The translations under genes were made by a program, and so were the position numbers. Source: Ktedonobacterales bacterium (GTDB lineage: Bacteria; Chloroflexota; Ktedonobacteria; Ktedonobacterales; JADMIN01). From it: DNA of 34,847 nucleotides. Where the stretch lies: NCBI GenBank assembly GCA_025450405.1, contig JANWHL010000087.1:1-34847 (forward strand), read 5' to 3'. A model generated the notes under the pieces. The model did not search any database and was not told where the DNA came from. It worked only from the letters and a program-made list of their open reading frames with translations. Shown here piece after piece: positions 16,784 to 24,563 of the stretch; within the stretch, counting starts at the first letter, position 1, and each line of letters starts with the position of its first letter.

Positions 16784-18151
16784 ATGGCAAGCGCTCCGGC
16801 GGTGAATCCGTCGATCTTTGGTGCCTATGACATTCGCGGCATCTATCCGACCACCCTCACCGATGAGACCGCCTATCGCATCGGGCGAGGGATCGTGAGC
16901 TTCCTCAAGGTGCCGCGCGTGGCGGTGGGTCGCGACATGCGTGTCTCGTCCGACACGCTGGCCGCGCACCTGATGCGCGGCATCACCGATCAGGGCGCCG
17001 AGGCCGTTGATCTGGGGCTGACGACCACGGACGAGCTCTACTTCGCCGTCGGCAAGTTCGGCTATCCCGCGGGCGTGATGACCACCGCCTCGCACAATCC
17101 CGCCGACTACAACGGCTTCAAGATCTGCCGCGAGGATGCCATTCCGCTGAGTGCCGACACCGGCGTGGACCAGATCCGCGACCTGGCGGTCGCTGGAACG
17201 TTCGAACAGCCGGCGCATCCTGGCGCGGTCGTCAAGCGCGATGTGACGGCGGAATACGTGCGCCACGCGCTGAGCTTTGTGGACGTCGCCAACATCAAGC
17301 CGCTCACCATCGCGGTGGACGCCGGCAACGGCATGGCCGGGATGATCATGCCGCTGGTGTTCGAGCATCTGCCGGGCACGCTCATCCCCCTGTACTTCGA
17401 GCTAGACGGCACTTTTCCCAACCACCCCGCAAGCCCCATCGAGCCCAAGAACACCGAGGTGTTGCGCCGGACGGTCGTGGAGCGGCATTGCGACATGGGT
17501 GTGGCGTTCGATGGCGACGCCGACCGGATGTTCTTGATCGACGAGAAGGGTGATCTGATCGGCGGCGACATGACCACGGCGCTGGTCGCGCAGAGTTTGC
17601 TGAAGAAGTACCCCGGCTCGACGATCCTCTACAACCTGATTTGCTCGCGCAGCGTACCTGAAGTGATTGAGCGCAACGGCGGCCGCGCGATCCGCACACG
17701 GGTGGGCCATTCGCTCATCAAGCCGCTGATGCGCGAGGAGCACGCCATCTTCGGCGGCGAGCACTCGGGCCACTTCTATTTCCGCGACAACTGGTACGCC
17801 GACTCTGGCCTCATCGCCTTCCTGGTGGTGCTGGAGCTGGTGAGCCAGAGTGGCCAGACGGTCTCGGCGCTGCTGGCGCCCATTGACACGCGTTTCCGCA
17901 GTGGCGAGGTGAATAGCGAGGTGCGCGACCAGGCGGCGAAGATGCGCGAGGTGGAAGAGCACTACGCCGCCCAGGGGGCGCAAATCGACCACCTCGACGG
18001 CGTGACGGTCTCGTTCCCCACCTGGTGGGCGAATGTCCGACCGTCCAACACGGAGCCGCTGTTGCGCCTGAACGTCGAGGGCGACACGCGCGCGGAGATG
18101 GAGCGGCAACGAGATGAAATCCTGGCGATCATCCGCGGCACGCCCTCGTGA
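16784..18151 (+). CDS. phosphomannomutase/phosphoglucomutase (alpha-D-phosphohexomutase family)
   Basis: Motifs seen: FGAYDIRG, the active-site TASHNPADYNGFK, the Mg site FDGDADRM, and GGEHSGHFYF. ATG 16784 follows GAGAGGAGG. Confidence 0.9.
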   Translation: MASAPAVNPSIFGAYDIRGIYPTTLTDETAYRIGRGIVSFLKVPRVAVGRDMRVSSDTLAAHLMRGITDQGAEAVDLGLTTTDELYFAVGKFGYPAGVMTTASHNPADYNGFKICREDAIPLSADTGVDQIRDLAVAGTFEQPAHPGAVVKRDVTAEYVRHALSFVDVANIKPLTIAVDAGNGMAGMIMPLVFEHLPGTLIPLYFELDGTFPNHPASPIEPKNTEVLRRTVVERHCDMGVAFDGDADRMFLIDEKGDLIGGDMTTALVAQSLLKKYPGSTILYNLICSRSVPEVIERNGGRAIRTRVGHSLIKPLMREEHAIFGGEHSGHFYFRDNWYADSGLIAFLVVLELVSQSGQTVSALLAPIDTRFRSGEVNSEVRDQAAKMREVEEHYAAQGAQIDHLDGVTVSFPTWWANVRPSNTEPLLRLNVEGDTRAEMERQRDEILAIIRGTPS

Positions 18152-18269
18152 CCGCCGCGGCGCGTGAGCCGCATGGTAAGCGCGGCATGCGCGGAGGTGC
18201 CCACGTCTGAGATCGACTTCGAGTCTGAACAGTGTTTAGTGGCCGCGTGGCTGAAAGGAGAGACGGGCA

Positions 18270-19034
18270 GTGGGTGTTCTGTCCCGGTTCTCGAACTACA
18301 TCAAGACCGTCATGAGCTCGTTCCTCGACAAGGCCGAGGATCCTGGCCAGACGCTGGACTACTCGTACCAGAAGCAGCTGGAGCAGCTGCAGAACCTGCG
18401 ACGCAGTATCGCCGACGTGGTGACCAACGAGAAGCGCCTGGAGCTGCAAGAGGCGCAGATCAACCAGCAGATGGCCAAGCTGGATTCGCAGGCGCGCCAG
18501 GCGCTCGCGGCCAACCGCGAGGACCTGGCCCGGATGGCGCTGGAGCGCAAGCAGGGTCTGCAGACCCAGGTGGCCACCTTCGATCAGCAGATCGAGCAGC
18601 TCAAGGCGCAACAGCAGCACTTTGTCGAGATGGAGCAGCGTCTCTCCACGCGGGTAGAGTCGTTCCGCACGCAGAAGGAGATGGTGAAGGCGCAGTATGG
18701 CGCCGCGCAGGCGCAGGTGAAGATCCAGGAGGCGGCGACGGGCATCTCGGAGGAGATGACCGACGTCAACCTGGCCGTGCAGCGCGCGCAAGACAAGGTG
18801 CTGCAGATGCAGGCCCGTGCCAGCGCGATGGATCAGTTGATGGACTCGGGCACGCTGCCAGAGATTGGTCCGGGCGCGCAGGATCCGCTGGATCGCCAGC
18901 TCGCCGCCATCTCGAATCAGGGTGACGTGGACCGCCAGCTCGCGGATCTGAAGTCGCAGATGCAACTGCCCGGCGGGCAAGCCGCGCCGGCGCAGCTGCC
19001 GCCGGGGACGCCTGGCCCGGCCAGCGACGCTTAG
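18270..19034 (+). CDS. pspA: PspA/IM30 (Vipp1) family protein
   Basis: GTG 18270 lies 7 nt after AAAGGAGAG. The N-terminus MGVLSRFSNYIKTVMSSFLDKAEDP is followed by a long coiled coil typical of PspA_IM30. Confidence 0.9.
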   Translation: MGVLSRFSNYIKTVMSSFLDKAEDPGQTLDYSYQKQLEQLQNLRRSIADVVTNEKRLELQEAQINQQMAKLDSQARQALAANREDLARMALERKQGLQTQVATFDQQIEQLKAQQQHFVEMEQRLSTRVESFRTQKEMVKAQYGAAQAQVKIQEAATGISEEMTDVNLAVQRAQDKVLQMQARASAMDQLMDSGTLPEIGPGAQDPLDRQLAAISNQGDVDRQLADLKSQMQLPGGQAAPAQLPPGTPGPASDA

Positions 19035-19063
19035 CCGGACGTCTAGTCGCCAGTTGAGCGGCA

Positions 19064-19072
19064 TGATAGAAT
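19064..19072 (+). promoter_or_regulatory. possible internal extended -10 (TGATAGAAT) between pspA and pspAA, followed by a GAGGACC...GGTCCTC hairpin (19081-19111)
   Basis: Read directly. No -35 seen, so function is speculative. Confidence 0.3.
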
Positions 19073-19204
19073 GGCGCGGCGAGGACCATACGCGGAACGC
19101 CCACGGTCCTCGCGGGGCGGCCAGCGGGCGTCCCGGTGATCACCTGGGCGCCCGGCGCACTGGCGTGGTCCCGTGGACGGACCCCAGCGCGGACAGGAGG
19201 GCAC

Positions 19205-19492
19205 ATGATCGCTCGCATCATGACCGAGAACCAGTACCGCATTGACGAGGCGCACACCGGCGAGATTGACCGGCTGGACGACGAGATGGTGGCCGCGATG
19301 GATGGCGATGACGCGGGGCGGTTCGCCGCCGCGCTCACGGACCTGATCGCGCATGTGCGCCAGTATGGTCAGGTAGTCCCCAACGAGGAGCTGGTCCCCT
19401 CCGACGTGATGATCCCGGCGCCCGACATGTCGCTGGCCGAGGCGCACGCTCTTCCGCACCAAGCGCCCGTGGCCGAGGGTGGGGCGGGCTGA
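19205..19492 (+). CDS. PspA-associated small acidic protein (PspAA-like)
   Basis: ATG 19205 follows AGGAGGG. MIARIMTENQYRIDEAHTGEIDRLDDEMVAAMDGDDAGRFAAALTDLIAHVRQYG...PSDVMIPAPDMSLAEA fits the PspAA pattern as I recall it. It lies immediately downstream of pspA. Confidence 0.65.
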   Translation: MIARIMTENQYRIDEAHTGEIDRLDDEMVAAMDGDDAGRFAAALTDLIAHVRQYGQVVPNEELVPSDVMIPAPDMSLAEAHALPHQAPVAEGGAG

Positions 19493-19533
19493 GACCAGCC
19501 CGAGTGCGAAGCCAGAGCGAATCGTTTCCTCAC

Positions 19534-19561
19534 CGCGCCAGGCGGACGACCGCCTGGCGCG
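19534..19561. terminator. perfect 12-bp-stem hairpin (CGCGCCAGGCGG-acga-CCGCCTGGCGCG) between convergent pspAA and pspAB
   Basis: Read directly. It is placed between the stops at 19492 and 19594. No U-tract on either side. Confidence 0.55.
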
Positions 19562-19593
19562 GCCACGCGTGCTCGGGCACGCCAAGGACCGAA

Positions 19594-20202
19594 CTACGCG
19601 CCCGTCTCCAGAGGCAGGTCCCAGACGGGATACCAGCGCTCCAACTCCTGTTCCATTGGCAACTCCTTGCCCATGGCGGCCGCCAGACGCATCTCCTCAG
19701 GATTGTCGCGCGTGCGGGTGCGGTCGTGGCTATTGGGGCGCGGCACAAACGGATAGAAGAGGCCGCGCTTGTAGTTGTACATCCAGTAGATGGGGCGATG
19801 CTGGTCGTCGTCGAAGCGGAAGATGGCGAAGAGGAGCTGCGACCCGTAGCCGCGCTCCATGAGGGTCTGGCTGGCCATGTGGATGGTCGTCACCAGTGCC
19901 TGGAAGTCCTTGGCGCCAAAGACCAGCCAGCGGTAGCCGTAGGAGTCCTCGAAAGGGCGGACGGTGAGGTCGTCGTCGCGCGAGGCGATCTGGAGCAACT
20001 GCTCGAGGTCGCTCTGGATCGAGGCGAACGGGCCGGAGGCCACGCCCTTGAAGCAGAGGGCCGCCGTCCCCGCCGCCGTCAGGTGCTGGTCGGTCTCCAG
20101 CGTCAACTGCGCGGTGGACATGGCGAAGAGGCGCTCTGGGCCGGCCTCGACCGGTTTCTGGCGCCCGAAGAGGGTGTCTTTCAGGCCGTCGAAGAGTCCC
20201 AT
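19594..20202 (-). CDS. PspA-associated protein (PspAB-like)
   Basis: ATG 20202 follows AAGGAGCGAGCG. MGLFDGLKDTLFGRQKPV...DSYGYRWLVF...YNYKRGLFYPFVP...RWYPVWDLP resembles the PspAB family that accompanies htpX. The tracked ORF start at 20244 has no SD. Confidence 0.65.
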   Translation of the reverse strand: MGLFDGLKDTLFGRQKPVEAGPERLFAMSTAQLTLETDQHLTAAGTAALCFKGVASGPFASIQSDLEQLLQIASRDDDLTVRPFEDSYGYRWLVFGAKDFQALVTTIHMASQTLMERGYGSQLLFAIFRFDDDQHRPIYWMYNYKRGLFYPFVPRPNSHDRTRTRDNPEEMRLAAAMGKELPMEQELERWYPVWDLPLETGA

Positions 20203-20327
20203 GGCGCTCGCTCCTTGCAGAGGATTGAACCACAGAGAACACAAAGTACAAAGAGTTCAGAGAGGGGAGCAGAGAGCGGGACGAAGCATAGTCGAGCGGC
20301 GAGCGGAGATCCCGGGCAACCGTTTGC

Positions 20328-20368
20328 GTCCTCACCCCCCCGTCCCCTCGCCCCGCGGGGCGAGGGGG
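20328..20368 (+). repeat. GC-rich palindromic dispersed repeat, copy A
   Basis: GTCCTCACCCCCCC-gt-CCCCTCGCC-ccgcgg-GGCGAGGGG. The 24-bp perfect palindrome is at 20344-20367. It lies between the htpX stop and the pspAB start. Confidence 0.85.
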
Positions 20369-20400
20369 CCAGACTGGGCCGACCGCATGCACGGGCTGGG

Positions 20401-21336
20401 TTAGGCTGGGTGCGCCGACTCCATCTGGCGCTGCATCTCGTTGAGCTGGGCCAGTCGGGTCTCCAGCGCGGGGTGGGTGGAGAAGATCGACTGGAGCGAG
20501 TCGCCGCGGAGGGCGGGGACGATGAAGAGGGCGTTCACGGTCTCGGCCTGGCGGAAGTCGCGCTGCGGGATGGCGGCGCCCTGGATCAGGCCGCTGATCT
20601 TTTGCAGGGCCGAGGCCAGCTGCTCGGGCGCGCCGGTGATCAGCGCCGAGCCGCGGTCGGCCAGCAGCTCGCGATAGCGCGAGAGCGCGCGGATCAGGAT
20701 GAAGCTGAGGACGTAGGTGACGACGGACGCCAGCAGGACGAGCAGCAGATTGCCCTCGTCATCGCGGCGCCGGCCGTAGCCCCCGCCATAGCCGCCGCCG
20801 AAGAAGAAGAAGCTCTGCATGATCATGGAGGCGACCATGGAGAAGAAGGTGGCGACCGTCATCACCAACATGTCGCGGTTGATGATGTGGGTCATCTCGT
20901 GAGCGAGGACGGATTCGAGCTCGGCGGGACTCAGGCGGTCATAGAGCGAGCGCGTGACGGCGATGACCGCGTGGTTCTTGCTCCGGCCGGTGGCAAAGGC
21001 GTTCGGGACGCTGGAGTTGATCATGGCGATGCGCGGCATCGGCATGTTGGTCTGTGCGGCCAGCCGGCCCACGATGTCGTGGAGATCAGAGAACTGGGTG
21101 GGGTCGAGCATTTTGGCGCCCATCGAGCTGAGGGCGATCTTGTCGGCGAAGAAGAACTGGATCCCGGCCAGGACGGCGGCGATGACGCCGAGCGCGATCC
21201 AGGAAAAGCCCAGGAAGTAGCGCAGGGCAAAGGCGAAGACGACATAGATGGCGCCCAGCAGGAAGATCGTGAGCGTCATGCGCGCCGCCAACCCCATGTC
21301 GGGCTTGTACCACTGCGGTCGGCGATGGGTCAGCAT
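20401..21336 (-). CDS. htpX: M48-family zinc metalloprotease HtpX
   Basis: ATG follows AAGGAG. It has N-terminal TM helices, the HEMTH zinc motif, a Gly-rich FFFFGGGYGGGYG segment, and ELLADR / STHPALETR at the C-terminus. Confidence 0.9.
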   Translation of the reverse strand: MLTHRRPQWYKPDMGLAARMTLTIFLLGAIYVVFAFALRYFLGFSWIALGVIAAVLAGIQFFFADKIALSSMGAKMLDPTQFSDLHDIVGRLAAQTNMPMPRIAMINSSVPNAFATGRSKNHAVIAVTRSLYDRLSPAELESVLAHEMTHIINRDMLVMTVATFFSMVASMIMQSFFFFGGGYGGGYGRRRDDEGNLLLVLLASVVTYVLSFILIRALSRYRELLADRGSALITGAPEQLASALQKISGLIQGAAIPQRDFRQAETVNALFIVPALRGDSLQSIFSTHPALETRLAQLNEMQRQMESAHPA

Positions 21337-21456
21337 CGAGAAGGCTCCTTGCCGCGGGAACTCGCGGCCCCAGTTCGGCGTGGGGTGGTCTCCGAGCGGG
21401 CCGGGCCACCGGGCGCCGGCACCATTCGCTCACTTGATCTACGTCTCACTACTCAA

Positions 21457-21462
21457 ATTGTA
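21457..21462 (-). promoter_or_regulatory. TACAAT -10 box upstream of htpX
   Basis: The minus strand reads ccttgcTACAATttgag, ~115 nt upstream of ATG 21336. The -35 is weak. Confidence 0.35.
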
Positions 21463-21511
21463 GCAAGGACGTGTCCAGGTGACGCAGTACGTAATATGGG
21501 AAGCGCGGAAA

Positions 21512-21577
21512 CCTCACCCCCAGCCCCCACTGGGGGACCTCAGCTCCTCTCCCGCGAGGCGAGGGAGGCCGGAGGAG
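21512..21577 (+). repeat. GC-rich palindromic dispersed repeat, copy B (degenerate)
   Basis: CCTCACCCCCAG-CCCCC-act-GGGGG ... CTCCTCTCCCGCGAGGCGAGGGAGG-CCGGAGGAG. Confidence 0.7.
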
Positions 21578-21644
21578 ATCACCGTGAGGACGCAGAGGAC
21601 ATGAAGGAGGGAGACGGAGAGGTCCTCATCCTCAGGGTGTTGGG

Positions 21645-21692
21645 GTCCTCTCCCCCCAGCCCCTCCCCGTTGCGACGGGGAGGGGAGTCCGG
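21645..21692 (+). repeat. GC-rich palindromic dispersed repeat, copy C
   Basis: GTCCTCTCCCCCCAG-CCCCTCCCCGT-tgcg-ACGGGGAGGGG-AGTCCGG. The perfect 11-bp stems span 21660-21685. Confidence 0.85.
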
Positions 21693-21819
21693 CCCGCGAC
21701 GCGAGCGGCCAAGGGCGAGCAGCGAGGACGGAGGAACGAACCACAGTGGACGCAGAGGGAGGGAAAGGGCAGGGAGAAGGGGCAGGGGAAAGGGACCGCC
21801 GAGGTCGCGGAGGGAAGTA

Positions 21820-21867
21820 CCTCACCCCCAGCCCATCTCCATTTCGATGGAGAGGGGAGCCGGAGGG
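21820..21867 (+). repeat. GC-rich palindromic dispersed repeat, copy D
   Basis: CCTCACCCCCAG-CCCATCTCCAT-ttcg-ATGGAGAGGGG-AGCCGGAGGG, with a 7-bp perfect core stem. Confidence 0.8.
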
Positions 21868-21876
21868 GGCCGCCGC

Positions 21877-21904
21877 GGGGAGCGGGGGGGCGCGGGGAGC
21901 GGGG
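21877..21904 (+). other. canonical G-quadruplex-forming motif (GGGG-agc-GGGGGGG-cgc-GGGG-agc-GGGG)
   Basis: Four G-runs of at least 4 are separated by 3-nt loops. The motif is embedded in a 17-bp-period direct repeat of CGCGGGGAGCGGGG (21874-21887 and 21891-21904). Confidence 0.7.
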
Positions 21905-22465
21905 TCGCGGGTGGATGGATCAGGGCTGGATTGGCATGCCGCGGTGACGATGCGGGCCGCGGGCCGAGATCGCAGACGCGGTCGGGCGCGCAACGGCGAT
22001 GAGCCAGTTTGGGGTGCGCATGGTGCTTCTCTCGATAATAGCCCAGTCGCTGAAGCTCGCCGCGTGCGGCGGTCCATCGCATTGTCGGGCCCAGCGCTGA
22101 CGGAGCGCCGTCCTCTCGCTTCCCTCGATTCTGGGGGCGGAGCATGATGTGCGGCCTTGGCGACGTGGACCGCAGGGTCGCGGGCGCGGCGGCGAGGGAC
22201 AACGATTCGCGGGCGACGAGCCCGATGCGGGCGACTCCTCGAACCACAAGTATGGAGTGACGAGTTGGGCGCCGCCAGAGGTGGGGTGACGTGTGAGGAT
22301 AGTCATGGCAGTTGTTGGCGTGGCGCGACGGACGGAGGGTAGATGACGAGGAAGTCTCCAGAGGCGCTGTGGCTGGGATAGAGCGGGCGTGAGCGGGACG
22401 CGGCGGATAGTGGCCCGGTGGGATGGCGATTCGCGTGAGGTGCCACATGTTCGGGGTCGGCGGCG

Positions 22466-22471
22466 TATAAT
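22466..22471 (+). promoter_or_regulatory. TATAAT -10 box upstream of the radical SAM gene
   Basis: ggcgTATAATgggg lies ~95 nt upstream of ATG 22568. Confidence 0.4.
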
Positions 22472-22567
22472 GGGGACGCCCGCACCGAGGAATTGGTGCA
22501 CCGGGGGATGGCCGTGCTGGTCGCCACGCCGAGATTGAGAGGGCCGAGTTTGGAAGTCCTCGCGACG

Positions 22568-23518
22568 ATGACATCACATGTGCCGGGCTATGTGCGCCTG
22601 TGCGAGACGGGCGAGCTGGCGCGCCGCGCCGAGGCGGCGTGGGAGCTGCTGCGCGGCTGCACGGTGTGCCCGCAGAATTGTCCGCGCGACCGGACGCGCG
22701 GGCTAACGGGAGCCTGCCACTCGGGCACGGAGATCATCGTCGGCTCGTGGAACGCGCATTTTCGCGAGGAGCCGCCGATCACGGGCACGCGGGGCGCGGG
22801 GACGGTCTTCTTCGGCGGCTGCCAGGCACGGTGTTCGTACTGCCAGAACTTCTGGCTCAGCCAGCTCGGTCACGGGATCCGGATCGGTCCGGAGCGGCTG
22901 GCGGACATGATGCTCTCGCTGCAGCGCCGCGGCTGCCACAACATTGACCTGGTGACGCCCACCCACTTCGTGCCGCAGATCCTCAAGGCGCTGGTGATCG
23001 CCGCCGAGAAGGGGCTGCGCATCCCGCTGGTGTATAACTGCGCGGGCTACGAGCATGTCCACACGCTGCGATTGCTGGATGGGGTGGTTGACATCTATCT
23101 GCCCGACGCCAAGTACGCCTCGAACAAGGAGGCGCTACGGACCTCGAAGATGCATCACTATGTGGAGTTCAATCGGGCCACGCTGATCGAGATGTACCGG
23201 CAGGTGGGCGGATTGGTGCTCGACGACGACGGCATCGCCGTGCGCGGGCTGATCGTCCGCCATCTGGTGATGCCCAACAGCCACGCGGGCACGCGCGAGG
23301 TGCTGCGCTGGATGGCCGAGAACCTGGGCTCAGACATCGGGGTGAGCGTCATGGACCAGTATTTTCCGGCCTACAAGGCCCACAACGATCCTGAGCTGAG
23401 CCGCCGGCTCACCTGGCATGAGTACCGCGAGGCGCTGGACGCGGTGGAGGACCTCCCGTTCGAGCACCTCTTTTTGCAGGAAGACCTCTCTGAACTGGAC
23501 CAGACGGCGGACATCTGA
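22568..23518 (+). CDS. radical SAM protein, PflX-type (COG1313-like putative activase)
   Basis: The motif CQARCSYCQN is a Cx3Cx2C cluster. There is an upstream Cys-rich CTVCPQNCPRDR...GACH segment. Other motifs are HNIDLVTPTHFVPQIL, IPLVYNCAGYE, DIYLPDAKY and VRHLVMP. ATG 22568 is preferred over TTG 22493. Confidence 0.85.
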   Translation: MTSHVPGYVRLCETGELARRAEAAWELLRGCTVCPQNCPRDRTRGLTGACHSGTEIIVGSWNAHFREEPPITGTRGAGTVFFGGCQARCSYCQNFWLSQLGHGIRIGPERLADMMLSLQRRGCHNIDLVTPTHFVPQILKALVIAAEKGLRIPLVYNCAGYEHVHTLRLLDGVVDIYLPDAKYASNKEALRTSKMHHYVEFNRATLIEMYRQVGGLVLDDDGIAVRGLIVRHLVMPNSHAGTREVLRWMAENLGSDIGVSVMDQYFPAYKAHNDPELSRRLTWHEYREALDAVEDLPFEHLFLQEDLSELDQTADI

Positions 23519-23643
23519 CACGCGCCTTGCCCATATGCGCCTGCCCAACCGTATTGGCAGCAGACTGCCTGGCATGCCGCCATAGACGCGGTGCGACCCG
23601 GCCGCTCGGCGGCCAATGGCGGGGTGGTAAGCCGGATTCGGGA

Positions 23644-24210
23644 TTACTGCCGCGGCCAGAGCCACTTACCCCACCCGCGGCGATCGCCGCGATCGATTTC
23701 GTCTGGGGGCCGATCCCAGCGATTGCCACGTCCACCGCGACCGATCTCGCTCGTGTCATTCAAGTCATCGAGCAGCTGGATGGTGCGTAATCGCGCCCGC
23801 TCCGGCCCGACGCCCTGGCCCTCCAGCACCCGCGCGGCGATGCCCTCGCCCTCCCTAATCTGGCAGAGCAGGAGGTGCTCGGTGCCGAGGTAGTGATGAC
23901 CCAAACGGCGCGCCTCATTTACCGCTTCCACGATGACCCTCTTGGCCCCCGGGGCGAGGCCGATCTGGTCTGGGCCACCACCGTCGCCGCGTCCGGTGGC
24001 AGCCTCGACCTCCCGGCATACGACGTTGGGGTCGACGTCCAGGCCCTGGAGCACTTTGGCGCCAACGCCGTCCGGTACCTGTAGCAGGGCGAGCAATAGG
24101 TGCTCCGTGCCTTCGAAATGGTGGTTCAAGCGCCGCGCCTCTATCTCGGAGATACTCAGGAGGCGCCGCACGTGCTCGGTAAATCTGCTAAAGCGGTCTG
24201 GCTCCGGCAT
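23644..24210 (-). CDS. stand-alone Clp N-terminal (Clp_N / double Clp-R repeat) domain protein with Arg/Gly/Trp-rich tail
   Basis: It contains two repeats: FTEHVRRLLSISEIEARRLNHHFEGTEHLLLALL and GAKRVIVEAVNEARRLGHHYLGTEHLLLC. No AAA+ module follows. The tail reads GRGGRGNRWDRPPDEIDRGDRRGWGKWLWPRQ. Confidence 0.8.
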   Translation of the reverse strand: MPEPDRFSRFTEHVRRLLSISEIEARRLNHHFEGTEHLLLALLQVPDGVGAKVLQGLDVDPNVVCREVEAATGRGDGGGPDQIGLAPGAKRVIVEAVNEARRLGHHYLGTEHLLLCQIREGEGIAARVLEGQGVGPERARLRTIQLLDDLNDTSEIGRGGRGNRWDRPPDEIDRGDRRGWGKWLWPRQ

Positions 24211-24563
24211 GGTCTATGCCCCCTGTGAAGTGTCCGCGCTTCCGTCCCCCATGCCAGCATATGCTGAGGTTGCCCAATGCGCAACCTGCGAGTGACAAGT
24301 GTAGCCCGCGTGGCCCAACGCTCTGGGCGCTGAGACTCGCGACGCCAACCGCGAGACGGTCTGGATATATCCACCGGGCCGACCGGTGCGGCCGCACATC
24401 TAATCGTGGTGCATCGTGGCGGTTTCCCGGCGGCTGAAGGCGCGATGGGCGTCCACCGGGCCGCGCGACGGGTCTCTCCCAGTGACCCTCGACCGGACGC
24501 CCCGACAAAGCCTCCGGCGACGACGGCCACCGGCGTGGCCCGGCCGGAGGTGGTACCACGCGT

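Noticed and set aside
21512-21867. Possible CRISPR array, suggested by several similar repeats close together
   Set aside because: The repeats are internally palindromic but not identical to one another, their spacing is irregular, there are no cas genes in the window, and further copies are scattered singly. They fit REP/MITE-like elements instead.
19504-22002. 832-aa plus-strand ORF, the longest ORF in this part of the window
   Set aside because: It runs antisense to pspAB and htpX, which have strong family motifs, SD sites and proper codon bias. Its sequence is Arg/Gly/Ala/Pro-rich with no recognisable domain, the typical shadow ORF of high-GC DNA. The same reasoning applies to 32181..34616 (+), 14845..16755 (-), 2881..4260 (-), 4946..6157 (-), 11128..12462 (+), 26484..27596 (-), 13777..14796 (-) and 18129..19064 (-).
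21999-22100. 33-aa ORF MSQFGVRMVLLSIIAQSLKLAACGGPSHCRAQR with a lipobox-like LAAC
   Set aside because: It has no SD and no promoter element, it is very short, and it lies in the G-skewed non-coding island. It cannot be supported from sequence alone.
24330-24373. TPP-riboswitch-like fragments (CTGAGA ... TCTGGATATATCCACCGGG, reminiscent of CUGAGA ... CUGGAUAAUGCCAGCG)
   Set aside because: Only partial matches are present. The 5' GGGG(U)GC/P1-P2 elements are not evident. TGGATATATCCA is a perfect palindrome with no viable loop. No plus-strand gene lies downstream for it to regulate. cmscan with RF00059 would settle it.
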